The notes: generated from the letters alone by a model not told the origin. DNA of 64,000 bases from Antedon mediterranea (GCF_964355755.1 NC_092670.1:29438388-29502387), one strand, 5' to 3'; shown: positions 1 through 11,895, numbered from the stretch's first letter. Program-made: numbers and translations.

Positions 1-120
1 ATGCGCACACTAGAATAATATTTACACAGCACAAAGTCCCATATCCAGTATTGCGCTTTTATCATCCCATCCTATTTATTATTATGGCAGAAAATTAAGT
101 AATTAAATTTGTGGTATAGC

Positions 121-166
121 AATAACCCGTGCACGGAGCACGGGTTATTGCAAGGTATACTGCTAG
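121..166 (+). mobile_element. Helitron-type 3' terminus (hairpin + CTAG)
   Basis: Hairpin aataacccgtgc-acgga-gcacgggttatt (121-149) followed by CTAG (163-166) then T, the canonical Helitron 3' end; a related hairpin occurs at ~9995-10022. 5' part is outside the window. Confidence 0.6.
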
Positions 167-340
167 TAAATAATGTCATAAATGTATCTTTGCACTTTCC
201 TTATACATCCAGTCACATTGTATAGTTGTTTATTTCTGAATATTAAGAAGTTCAGGAACTAATATTGACACCTTGGACTCGATGGACGCGAGAAAAAAAA
301 GTTGATACTGTAGATGACGTCATATCAATTTACTGTAGAC

Positions 341-712
341 AACCATAATAATTGCACTCGCTCTTAAAGTAATAATGACTTATCTATTCCGCTATGGAAT
401 AACTCTCAGGGTAAAAGAACTTTTGTTTATAGATCAACTAAACTATGGAATTCTCTACCAAATAACATAAAATCAGAACTCCATAATATGTCTTTGGCAA
501 CTTTTAAATCTTCACTATAGAAAACATATATGTATTAACCTTTTTGCCTTCACAATTGTAAATAGTTTTATATCTGTTTTCTTTCTTTTTGTTTTTCTTT
601 TATATTTTATTTTTGTTGTAAATATGTTTACTGAACCACTTTGGAAATCAGTACATTTGTATTGAAAGTGTATTTCAGTTTAAAGAAAGAACAAATAAAT
701 AAATAAATAAAT
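341..712 (+). mobile_element. L2/Crack-group LINE 3' fragment
   Basis: Degenerate translation GKRTFVYRSTKLWNSLPNNIK...FKSSL resembles ORF2 C-termini of CR1/L2-group LINEs; ends in an (AAAT)n tail at ~693-712. Confidence 0.55.
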
Positions 713-1420
713 ATGAATCATGTCGTTGATTAGCCAGAATCCAAAATTACTGCACAGTATTTTGACAAAATAGAATCTGTTTCTATTCTGACCTGATTTC
801 CGATTTTACATATTTATATGACTTGTTTTTCTGTGACATTTATGTATTTTATCTTTTTTAGCTTTTTATACTTTAATCTTCAGTGTGAACTAGATACTTA
901 CCCAAGTTTACTAACACAAATAAACAAAATGTCAAGCAGGCCTTTCATGCAGTATGGTCTTTGAATACAGATATCTTCATATGTAACCATACTGTTAAAA
1001 ACTGCTGTACAGGACACTATCTGTTTAAATTAAATGTAGGAAAAATATATCTAAAACTATCAATGTACTTGTCTACATGTTCAATAAACATTAGAAAATT
1101 AGAGGTTCTTGAGTGGAAAATTTACTATGTGTTATCACAGTATTAATATATCAACAAATATTTTTGATCAGTTGAATGATGACTGCACTTCATGAATACA
1201 GAAACATGATAAAACATGCAATTGATAACTCTAAAAAAGACAACCATCATGTGAAAAAAGTTGCATCTATGTAACTATACGTCTATAAAGGGGAATCCCA
1301 ACCAAAATAAGAGTTTTAGCAAAAAAAAGCAAATAATTCAGTATAAATTATAATACATGGTGTCTGGGAGTAATACCAAGGGACAAGCAAATTAAATAAA
1401 TCTAATAAAAAAAGCTGTAC

Positions 1421-1651
1421 CTGACATGAAATGGCATGCTCTAGGTATGACAGTATCAAAGAGTTGGGAGTTGGTCCAACAAATATTTGATTCAACAGAA
1501 TATCAGCAAGGTTGAATAAATCTCCGGACACTCCTTGAGGAATGATTTTCTTTATTTCGATACTCCATTGGACTTCTGACCATCTTTCCCTCCAGGCCTT
1601 CATGATCTGCTGTTGTAATAATTCACTCTTGTATCTTGTCTGAACATCCAT
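1421..1651 (-). CDS. MED24: Mediator complex subunit 24, first coding exon (77 codons; gene continues left of window)
   Basis: QQIMKAWRERWSEVQWSIEIKK...NLADILLNQIFVGPTPNSLILSYLEHAISCQ matches the remembered MED24 N-terminus (QAWKERWSDYQWAINMKK...NLADALLEQAMIGPSPNPLILSYLKYAISSQ); donor CAG|GTACAG at 1421/1420. Confidence 0.93.
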
Positions 1652-2143
1652 TGCAAATAATCTTTAAAATTAATGTGTACAGAGAAATCAGATGAGTGTT
1701 CTGTTATGGCCTAAATAGAGCCTCATGGAAGTCATGTGTAACTTGCAGTTAGAAAACAAACATATTGTGATTGGTCCATACGAAAAAGATAGTATATAAA
1801 AAACAATTCCTCTCTAAAATGGTGAGTAAAGAACATAGTGAGCAGACAGCAAATCAACCCTCAATAAGAACTGCCAGTGAGTAAAGAAAAAATTAATTAA
1901 TCAAACCCAAAACCCTCAGAGATACTTTCCACATAATCAATACGGTAAACCATCCAGAATCACACAAGTCAATGTAATTAATAAGTCGATTATCCCAAAA
2001 TTAACTTTTCTGACTAATAAATTTGACACATCATGTATTTTTACATCTCCCAGCCAGATTGATGCCTGTTATTCTCTACGCTGGGCGGATCTAGACATTT
2101 TCATTTTTAGAGGGTGAGGGAGGACCTAAAAAAAGGGCACCTA

Positions 2144-2345
2144 AACCAAGGCAATCTAAGATCAAAGGATTTATCTGTGGCTGCTACACATCAGTTCCAT
2201 GCTCCTTGTCGTGGAGAATATGTACAGTACATAGTACAGTAAGTCTGTTGGTATTTGTCGCAGCCAGACATAAGATCAAAAGACTATTACAAATTCCTAT
2301 CTTGGCAAGGTAAGATCAGAGCCCTGTTGTTAGATTGCCTTGGTT
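2144..2345. mobile_element. Small MITE
   Basis: 16-bp terminal inverted repeat aaccaaggcaatctaa / ttagattgccttggtt; no clean TSD seen. Confidence 0.5.
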
Positions 2346-3128
2346 AAACAAAGGACCCAAATTCTATTTTTGTCAGTGAAAAGAGTGCTATCATAATAGA
2401 ACACAAAGTTTATTGCATTCACGCCACTGAGCTGAATAACACAATGCTATCTCCGCCAAAATCTAACAGCCTCAGCAGATTTTCCCACTAGGCGAATCTA
2501 ATTTTTTCGCAGAGAAAAATCGGGCTATTGCTTCTACTACAAAAGAGCCAATAACTGTGATATATTGATCATGTTCATAGCGCCATGTGTGGCTACTGAG
2601 CTTTTTGATTTGCATGAGTGCACATGAATGCGTAATTTTCTGAGCTCCGATTGGTTGGACAATTTTTCACTTCACAAAAGTAGAAAAACAATGCCCAAAA
2701 GTCATTCATCATATTAACACATCATCTTTTCATATTTACCCTTCAAATAATGAGTACGACTGGTAAAGAGCGCTATAATATTAATAAGTATAAATTTTTT
2801 TATTATTATCATTTAAAATCCATCTAATTTTTGTTCTTTGAGCACCATAATACCCAAATTTATCCGGAACATTTATCCTGACCAGGAGCCCTGGATGGCC
2901 CCCTGTCCCCCAGCCAATATTACATTATTATAAGGGTCTCTGTTTGCGAGATTCTTGAAAACAGGAACCCCAACAAAAAACTACTCAATATAAATTGTTA
3001 ACCTAGGCTACTAACAAATCTTTTTCATACACACTCCTGAACTGAAAAAACACAAATAAATTAAAACATTATAGAAGAATTTATGTTTAAAAATGCATAT
3101 TCTGCAATACAGTACAGTATTAACAAAA

Positions 3129-3860
3129 CGCCGTGGCTAAAGATACGGTACCGTATTCTAACTTCTGTTTACTAAAGGTACGGTAAAATTGCATTACGTC
3201 ATAACCAGCCAATGGGGTGCTGGTACGTGTGTGACGTCATCGCATAAGGACTTTGGATTTTTTTCCATATCGCGAAAACAGTGATCAACCGCATTTTCTT
3301 TATGCTTCATTTATCGCCGTCGTGTGTGACAAAAACTAAATGTAGCCTACGTCTGTTATTATTATTGAAAAAAACATGTTGATTTTAATTCTAGAATACA
3401 GAAAGCCGTTTCAAAAGAGGCCTTAGGCATATGAGTTTGTTTGTGTAGGGAAAGCGATGCCAGGCTGGGGCCAGCTGCATGTGTGCGCTGATTTCTGTGA
3501 CTCAGCCCTGGGGCTACTGTCTAAATCATATTATTTGAGGGCCCCTTTATTGTCCGCATTTGCTTGTTGTTTATGGTCACCATTCTAAACAAAGTTTAAT
3601 AAAAAATATAGGTCTAAATCCCGGTCTAAATAGGCCATTTGGAATAAAAATAAAACCCTCATCAGCGCACACACATCCATGCAGCCTGGCGCCACCGACA
3701 AGAATTCTCTACACAACAGACGCGATATTAAAAAAAATCCAAAGTCCTTATACGATGACGTCACACACGTACCAGCTGATTATGACGTAATGCAATTTTA
3801 CCGTACCTTTAGTATAGTAAACAGAAGTTAGAATACGGTACCGTATCTTTAGCCACGGCG
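3129..3860. mobile_element. MULE-type non-autonomous DNA transposon (MITE)
   Basis: ~145-bp imperfect TIRs (cgccgtggctaaagatacggtaccgtattctaac...) and a perfect 9-bp TSD TTAACAAAA at 3120-3128 and 3861-3869. Confidence 0.85.
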
Positions 3861-3974
3861 TTAACAAAATGGGCCGAATTGTCCCGGGGATAAATGGTCC
3901 CGCGCTGAATCATCCCAGGGCCAAATGGTGTCAAGACAGGCAGGGAGCAGCAGGGACAACAAAATCAAGCATGG

Positions 3975-4390
3975 GAAGGCCTAGCCTAGACTAGCTATGC
4001 CTTTAGCCTAGGCCTATAGATAGCCAGTAGTAGTAGTCTAGGCTGAGTTTCTTACACGTCGTACACCATGCATTTAATCATAATGCTTTACTACATCTAG
4101 GTTGACCCGAATGCACAATACCTGCCTTGCCAGCCTTATCTAAGGCGTCCTAGGAGGCCTACAGGCTAGCAGCCTAGGCCCGGGCCTAGAGCTAGGCTAG
4201 AATAGAAGGCCAGTGAGGCCTAGCTAGGCCTACCTAGCTAGGCTCTAGGCTAGGCCTAAAGGAGCTTAAAAATTGTTTATCTAGCCTAGGCCTAGGCCTA
4301 TACATACGTCCTATAGTATAGCAAACAAACCGTAAAGGGCAAAATAAAACATTATTCTAACCATCTAGGCCTAACCTAGGCCCAGGCTAA
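3975..4390. repeat. TAGGCCTA/CTAG-rich low-complexity tract
   Basis: Dense overlapping aggcct, cctagg, gctagc palindromic words next to the MED24/TTC19 promoter. Confidence 0.7.
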
Positions 4391-4395
4391 CTTAC

Positions 4396-4545
4396 TTTTT
4401 CTGTAATAACGAAATACAAAACTAAATCGGCGCTCGACTCATCATCGAACTCTCTAAAAAAAACAAAAAGACAACCCTTAACCTTTTTATTAAAAATTGA
4501 CCAATCACAATGCACCAATTACTTATAAAAAAAGAAGATGGCTGC
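4396..4545. promoter_or_regulatory. Putative bidirectional promoter MED24/TTC19
   Basis: Minus-strand donor GTAAGT at 4395-4390 suggests a MED24 5'UTR exon; CCAAT boxes at 4501 and 4516; YY1/TISU-like GAAGATGGCTGC spanning the TTC19 ATG. Confidence 0.55.
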
Positions 4546-4922
4546 GCCCATGGTTAACAGTTTTGCTCAAGCAAGGCACTTGCTATTAGCTAAATCACTG
4601 AATGTCCGAACGATAAATCAACATGCATTTAAACTTACTTCATGTATTAATATATCTAGAAACAAATTTGAATCTAAATTTAGGTTTTCTGCTTCTAACT
4701 TTTCGTCATGCACGTCCACAAAAAGAGGTTGTTCTAGGCCTAGGCATAGACCCTTATTATTACGAAGATGTCAGTTTGTACTGTATTCTTCTCGTCACGA
4801 TAGGTCGAGGGAACGTAATAAATTATTTGGGTCTCGGCTAGACAATAACAGTAATAAACAATTGTCAAAAAATGATCAACTGTCGGGAGTAGACGATACA
4901 TCCTTGTTGCTTGGTTTTACAG
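4538..4922 (+). CDS. TTC19: TTC19 exon 1 (mitochondrial presequence-like, Arg/Ser-rich)
   Basis: ATG 4538, basic acid-poor N-terminus MAAPMVNSFAQARHLLLAK..., donor AG|GTAGGG, phase 1 joins exon 2 in frame. Confidence 0.8.
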
Positions 4923-4986
4923 GTAGGGAGCATTGCCTACAAAATATTAAATTATATTGGCCGTGTGTGTCATGATTATCATATTT

Positions 4987-6536
4987 GGGTCATTCTTCAG
5001 TAAGTGTCTAATTTCAGGTTTATAAAAAATCGATTTTAAAATTTGCATTTTTTAAATTTTAAAAGTTTATTCAGATAAATGAACATGTATTACATGGCAA
5101 GCGTATGTTTGGCGCAATCTTTATTATATATTTCGTATTTTATTCGTATTTATAAATACATGGTTCTATGTTACTGTCATTTCCGTCACATTTATGGAAT
5201 ATACAAAGATAGAAAAAATAACGGTTTAGGAATTATAAAATTATTTCCATTATTAATTCTTTGATACTATATATTATTTTTGTCTCTATTCATCAAAAAA
5301 TGATTGTTTTAACATTTATTAGTATGAATGATGTTATACGTTCAAAACCATTTACTATTCCAAAAAATAATAATTTTCAGAAAATAGTATGACTGTCACT
5401 GATGTTTTACAAAATTCTGTTGAACTAATAATTACTATCCATTGACATAGTAGAAGAATATTGTTTATATTTCAATATACCACATAATTGCGTTCATTAC
5501 ATAAATATTTTAGGATTTAAAAGGATAAAATATCCATGTGACGGAGATGAAACCGTGACGGATATGACAAACTTAAAAAATCATGTGACGGAGATGACTT
5601 TAAGATATGATTTGATTATGTTTATTGACCAGAGTCACATAGATGTAATAACATAATAAAGATATACAAAACAAAATGTACAACAAAAAAAGGCCCTGGC
5701 AATAACATAAAGTCGTATCCGTCACGGGCCGTCATCTCCGTCACAACGAAACATTGGGAAATGTGACGGAGCTGACCGTGACGGAGATGATGTATTTAGC
5801 ATTGGACAGCCTAGGATCACATCGTAGGCATGTCTGACAGCGGAGATGGATTGCATACTTCTGGATACCATGAATAACTTGTACTTCCAGTTGAAAAAAA
5901 ACCAGAAATTATAATTATTTAATGAGTTCTATACCGTTCGGATATGACATTCAATAAAGGTACGCAACTGTAATTTTTCTAAAACCTTGTTTTATTAGCT
6001 TTTTTCCTCTTTTATTGAAAATGATGTGCGGCTAGTTTTATTTCAATATCTTCGCATGTTTACAACGCACAGTCAATTTTTGTCCCCGCCGTTCATTAAA
6101 CTGTAGACGGCACATTTAAATTATGTGACGGAAATGACACAAAACTGCGGGACAAGCTTTTTTCCAAACAAAAACTTTAAAGTTTGAGATTTAATGTATG
6201 TAGAGATGTATTTCGAAGAATATAATCGCATGAAATCATGATTAACTAACTTTTTACAATATTTTCGATAACAAAAGTCCTGTTATCAAATATATACGGC
6301 GATCATAAATTGAAGATGTACGATCGGGACATAGGATTTTAGGGGGTTGCCTGAAACATTTTTATAAAAATTAACAATATCAATGTAATTATCTTTGTTT
6401 TATGTAATTAATTATATTTACAATAATGTTGATTATGATTTAAGTCAAGAATTTTGATTTTTTAATGATGAATTTTCAGTTTCCATCCCACCAAAGTATC
6501 GGGACACGATTTTAGACACTTACTGAAGAATGACCC
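4987..6536. mobile_element. Sola-like (GGG...CCC) non-autonomous DNA transposon
   Basis: TIR gggtcattcttcagtaagtgtctaa / ttagacacttactgaagaatgaccc; 4-bp TSD ATTT (4983-4986, 6537-6540); internal repeated GTGACGGAGATGA motifs. Superfamily inferred from termini and TSD length. Confidence 0.75.
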
Positions 6537-7727
6537 ATTTATATCATATTATATATAGGCCTAGGCCTATTTGCATTGTAGGTTGGGCCTGTCACGCCAA
6601 AATCGGTCCAGTCGGACCAGTTTTGGCTCTAAATTTGTGGCCAAAAGCAGTCCGCCACTGCCAAAATATGTCCGAGTTTTTCTTCTGTCGATTTTAATTA
6701 AATTACTAATACTCTAGCCTAGTAGGCCTACGATATGATTTTTAAGTTGTTTATGGCAAGAAAAATATCCCATAATATATATATATATAAACAAATCAGG
6801 CAAAGAACAGTAATTCTAAACCGGCCATAATATATATATGTAAAGTTATCTTATAAATACTATAAATAAATGTATTTTATCTAAAAACATGACTTACAGT
6901 AGGTGTTCAGTCGGATTTCAGCCTGCCACACGGTCACATGAACGAGTATGAGACGCTGATATTGCCAACTAGATTTTATTTTATGATTGAGTCCTTTTTT
7001 CTTCCTATGCCTATTAATCAATAGTATAATTGTTTTATAATGATTGAATTGATTTATTTATTGATTACCCATAAATCAGTAATGAATTATATATCAATCT
7101 GTTTTTAATCCACTTTGTTCTTTTTTTTAAACATCTTTATTTCCCCATGATGTTAAAACAAACGAACAAAGTCGATTAAAAACAGATATATTGTACAGAA
7201 AAAGCCTAACAATAGTACTAATTATGTATGAGTTGCTACTAATAATGATAATTAAAAAACAAACCAATTTTGGTGTGAAAGGCCTCTTAGGCCTAGTGTG
7301 AATTATGTTGAATAAGGCTAGCTGCTAACCTGGTGGGTGATTTAAACTTAAAAAAGACATACTCAACATAAACAAAGTCTTGAACAAGTCTTTGCAAGTG
7401 GAGTTGTTTTTGTCATGAGAAACAATCCTTTCATATCTGTTGGGATTTGAACTCGGGACATGATCTATTTTGCGTTGATGAAAAATGGTAAAATCTCAAA
7501 GAGAAGCCATCTCGAAAAGAATCCCCCTGTTTTAAATGCAAAAGTAATCTTAAAAAAGGAGCCCATCTCGATAAGATCTTGAAAAGGAGCCCACCCAACA
7601 GTTTTTAAGAAAGAAGCCCACTTTTCGAGGGTTTTACAGCAATACATTTGATAATGTATGATGTATTGATGCCTTTTCTTTAATATTACCACATGTACAG
7701 TAATTTATTCTTTATTTATTTAATCAG

Positions 7728-7816
7728 GTATAGTAATAGCAGTAACAATCTTTGCTTTTTATATGCAAAAAGGTGATTTTAAAGATGAGATAGCTGTGTT
7801 GATTAGTAAAGCATTA
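7728..7816 (+). CDS. TTC19: TTC19 exon 2 (transmembrane segment)
   Basis: taatcag| acceptor, GIVIAVTIFAFYMQKGDFKDEIAVLISKAL, |gtaagt donor; DEIAVLISKA corresponds to human DEIIQLLKRA. Confidence 0.85.
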
Positions 7817-8179
7817 GTAAGTTTAAATGTTATTTTAATATCATAGTAATAAACCAAACCAGACATTTTCCATTAAAGGGGTGTGTATAGAAAATAAGAT
7901 ATGGATATAACACTAAATTTAAGGGTAATATAATTCAGATTATTTGTGTTGGGATATGGAGGCATCCTTTCTAACTCTGTCACTGCATTTATGGCCCTGC
8001 TTTTTTGCTACTAGGCCAATATAAATGTCCACTCTCTATACTCTAACCCTAGCTGTATTTACCAATCAGGTATTTCGTGTACAGTATATTTTATAGATTA
8101 ATAATTATTAGATTCTAAAAACAGTATATAAGAGATAATTTTTAATTAAAATTAAAAAGATTTGTATTTATTTGTATAG

Positions 8180-8290
8180 GTTGCTGAGAGAAGAAATCAG
8201 CAAGAAGAAGCTGAAGCTCTGCTTCATGAAGCGCTACAAATAGCCCAGAAATCAGACAGACAAGAAGCTGTAACTTACACGTTAGATCAG
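8180..8290 (+). CDS. TTC19: TTC19 exon 3
   Basis: VAERRNQQEEAEALLHEALQIAQKSDRQEAVTYTLDQ vs human EEAELILHDALRLAYQTDNKKAITYTYD; tag|...cag|gttagt. Confidence 0.92.
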
Positions 8291-8540
8291 GTTAGTATTT
8301 CAGTGTGTAGAAAGGAGAAGTGTTCTGACATTCTTCACCTGATACTTTGCCCAGAAATCATACAAACAAGAAGCTGTTACTTACAGGTTAGATCAGGTTA
8401 GGATTTCAGTGTGTAGAAAGGCCAGGTTCCTTGTGCTCTACTCTTTGTGCTAGTACAACTGAAAGGAATCAAACAAAACAGAAGCTGCCAGTGCTACCTA
8501 CTTGTTAGAATCAGGTTAATATTTCAGATGCCAAAAAAGG
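8243..8540 (+). repeat. Tandem triplication of exon-3 3' end plus donor site
   Basis: 8243-8315 recurs at 8349-8421 (about 5 mismatches) and, more decayed, at ~8466-8540. Confidence 0.85.
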
Positions 8541-8735
8541 CTAGTTACCCTCTCATTTGCCATTATATATAGAGAGTTTTAGTTTTACACCTCTTAAAAT
8601 AAATTAACAGTGTAAAAGTGTTTTATTTTACTTATTTATTTTGTATCTCAATTGAAATCAGTCACTACTATCCACAGTTTTTCATTTATTTGCCTATTAT
8701 AATAGTACAATACATAAACAGGTAATATTTGATTA

Positions 8736-10022
8736 TCTATATTAGTGCTACTAAATTGGTCACATAATTTTATGTATCTACTCACATGATAGGCTATTTC
8801 ACTTTTATGAATTTTACGGCTAGCCCAGTGAGTACAACGCCGTGGCCATTGATATCAATGCTTCGAGTTCGAATCCGCAAAATGTATCACTGCTTAAAGC
8901 AAAAATCAAAACTAGACCACAATTTAATTTAAAAAGTAGCAAAACGGATAACAAACAAACAAATTGCAAAATAAAAAACCATTGAAAATGAAATTTAAAA
9001 AAAAGGTAAATGAATAAATATAAACGCAACGAATTCAAATTAAATATTACCACAATTACAAAAAACAATAATTACCGTACTGACACGGAAACATGAAATC
9101 ACGGGCTTATACCCGAGGATCCAAAAATGCAGATTGTCAAAAACAGCACATGTACACTGTGTATTCTACCATGCGAGCGAGCGCCCTCACGTGTACGACG
9201 TTGCCTCTAAATACACGAGGTGTAGAGTGTCGGAAAATTAAGCTTATAGTTCGTGTAATTTATCGTAGAATATCTTATTTTAAACATCAATTTAACAAGA
9301 ATTTATCAAGCAGAAAAGCAAGTATACAATGTTCGTTAAAATAGAAATGTACCAAAGAAATTTAATAAGCTTGTTTATGGCAGCCGATACCAAATAGTGG
9401 TTTTCCGTTTTGGCGACTTGTAGCGTCGTGTGTGAAGCGATCTTCGACCGCGATGGAGTGTAAACAAAACAGGACCGCTAGGCCTCATATGGCCTAGGCT
9501 AGCGTATATTATTAGCCTAGCTTGGTTATGATCAAAGGTAGGTGTATTCGGTGTACAGTATGGACGTCGCCAAATACAAAATAATTTATTACGACACACA
9601 CTGTAGATCTTCCAATTAATGGGTGGGCTTATACCCGAGTGCCTCATTTTTCATGAAAATTAGTCAAAAGTTGGGGGTGGGCTTATACCCGAGTATGGGC
9701 TTATACCCGTGTCAGTACGGTAATAACAATGTGTTAGCAATCATTTGTATATGATTTAGCTTTCTGTTGCATTTGATTTATGTCCACAAGCTCTCACAAA
9801 AAACAACAAAATATCAAATAATACACCACGAAAAACACCCAAAGCATATATAAAAATATATTTGTATTTAATACTTTCGATAGTGTCCGCGTGCATCATC
9901 TAATTTGACTACCCTCATGTGCACTTTTTTTTGTTGATTTCAAGTCTATAAGCAGCTGTAGTTTTATTATTCCAATACTTCACAACAGAAAAAGACCAGT
10001 GCGGAGCACGGGTAAGTGCTAG
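8736..10022 (+). mobile_element. Non-autonomous Helitron (TC...CTAG) carrying a tRNA-derived segment and a nested MITE
   Basis: A|TCTATATT 5' end at 8736; hairpin ccagtgcggagcacggg plus CTAG|T at 10019-10022; A-box/B-box-like tagcccagtgag...agttcgaatcc at ~8821-8876. The 5' boundary is tentative. Confidence 0.5.
9075..9720. mobile_element. Tc2/pogo-like MITE
   Basis: TA|CCGTACTGACACGG ... CCGTGTCAGTACGG|TA; subterminal gggcttatacccg repeats. Confidence 0.85.
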
Positions 10023-10067
10023 TATAAATATAAATTGCATTCAATGTTTTCTTTTTTTCTTCTTCAG

Positions 10068-10225
10068 ATGGCTAACTTAGCTCTACGTAATCACCAAGAT
10101 GATAAAGCTGAGAAACTAATCAAAGAAACAATCAAACATCTCGTCGCAAATGGTTTTGACAAAACGAGTAACGCTGTTGTAGAACTGTCTGTCAAATTAG
10201 CTAACATCTATTCCAAGTTTAATAA
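10068..10225 (+). CDS. TTC19: TTC19 exon 4
   Basis: MANLALRNHQDDKAEKLIKETIKHLVANGFDKTSNAVVELSVKLANIY vs human MANLAFIRGQLENAEQLFKATMSYLLGGGMKQEDNAIIEISLKLASIY; cag|...|gtaagt, phase 2. Confidence 0.93.
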
Positions 10226-10692
10226 GTAAGTATTTTAATAGGGTCAATGTGGCATGGTGGTTTACCTGCTTCCTTAATATCAATTATAGGGTGCTGGTTC
10301 AAATTATTGCAATTTGTTGTTGACATGACTCCTAAACTGAAAAGTGATAGATATAGACATTTAATAATAGGATGGCTATCCATCACAACCAAACACAGTT
10401 TGAATTTTAGCTACATTTCCTTAAGGCAAATGTTGTTTTAGGTATTTGACAAAGCAGACAATTTGTCACAAAAATCGCAGCGAAATCAAAGAAAATTTTA
10501 TTGAGGTCACATTTGTAGTGTGTGTTGTCAATGTAAATCAGTAGGCAGAATGCAAATGATTTGTCAGATGATGAGAAGAAACAAGCTTTACAGCTAAAAT
10601 GAAAGAAATGGAAAATTATAAAGAAATAAAGTATGAAATTAAATCAAAATTATAAAAAAAAAAAATAATAAGAACTGCATAAAATCTTATTA

Positions 10693-11895
10693 GGCCTAAA
10701 AAGAAAAATAGTTTGTTTGCTGTCATCCGCCGCCCCTAATTTCGCCAAAAATTTGGGGCGGAGATAAGAAAAAGTTTTTTTTTTACGTTGAGGGCGCTTT
10801 AAAAAAAAAGTTTTTTTATGATTTTTTTTGGCCGAAAAGGTGTAAATCGAGTGTGCGAGGATGAAACAATAAAAATAATAACGTACCGTATATTTCGGTG
10901 TATAATCGCACTTTTGACACGCAAATTTAACCTCTAAATTAAGGGTGCGTCTTATACACCGAACATAAATGCCTCAACACACAGATATCGCCACCTCGTT
11001 GGCTAGGCCTGGGCTTTTTAAGGTAAGGCCCGGGCCTAGGCCTATTAGTTACTAAAGAGTAGGCCTAGCCTAGCTACAGTGTACTAGCGTAACAGCAACC
11101 TGCTAGTTTTCAAGGCATTTTAGCGTGATTTTGTACTAAATATGATGAAAAGATTTGTTCATTATGGAGCTGTTTTAGGCGCTCCGATAAAATTTCATTT
11201 GTAAACGTTTACGATTGGAATAGTATTATAGTTATATGCACATGGTGTACAGTATTCGACTAGTATATTCTCCAGTTGATTATAGCATAGACCTACTGTA
11301 GCGTACACACTTCTAGGATACATAGATACTAATCGAATACGATTGTCAGTCCGTGAAAACGTGCGCCTCTCGATAAAAGGATCGAGCGAGGCTAGTCCAC
11401 ACACACGTGCGGTCATGCACTCGATGTTGCGGGTGCGAAACTCATGAATAACAAGTTATAAAGAACTGACGGAATGGGGGACTTCCCTTCTTGTTGAGGC
11501 TGGGCGCGGCCGTCTTATACATCGACGATATACAAAATACCGATATTTTACTCTCAGTTAGGGGGTGCGTCTTATACACAGGTGCGACTTATACACCGAA
11601 ATATACGGTACACTAAATTCTAAATATTTAATAACGACCTACTGGGTAGTAGGTCTAGCCTAGGCTAGTTTAAACACGGGGCCTATAACGCGCCCAAAAC
11701 AGAATTAAAGTGTGAAACAAATTATGAATAGATGTTTGAGCTCGTTGTTTTATTCAGTGTGTTTTGTTACTCTCAAATTCGCGTACAATTAACAGAGAAA
11801 TTAACATAAAAAAAAAATAAAAAAACTTTTTTCCACCCTCCCCCGCTACCAAAAAAAAAAATTGACAGCAAACAAACAATTTTTTTTTTTAGGCC
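10693..11895. mobile_element. PIF/Harbinger-type MITE (host of nested element)
   Basis: TIR ggcctaaaaagaaaaatagtttgtttgctgtca / tgacagcaaacaaacaattttttttttttaggcc; TTA TSD on both sides. Confidence 0.75.
10886..11608. mobile_element. Tc2/pogo-like MITE nested in the Harbinger MITE
   Basis: TA|CCGTATATTTCGGTGTATAA ... TTATACACCGAAATATACGG|TA; repeated gtgcgtcttataca motifs. Confidence 0.85.

Noticed and set aside
1316-1420. C-terminal part of the 111-aa MED24 ORF
   Set aside because: Read-through into the intron past the CAG|GT donor; similarity to MED24 stops there.
7490-7630. Short degenerate aaggagccca repeats and overlapping 75-aa ORF
   Set aside because: Likely transposon subterminal repeats; no paired termini or protein family recognised.
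8817-8880. Possible tRNA gene
   Set aside because: A/B-box-like words are present but no convincing acceptor or T stems; treated as a tRNA-derived relic.
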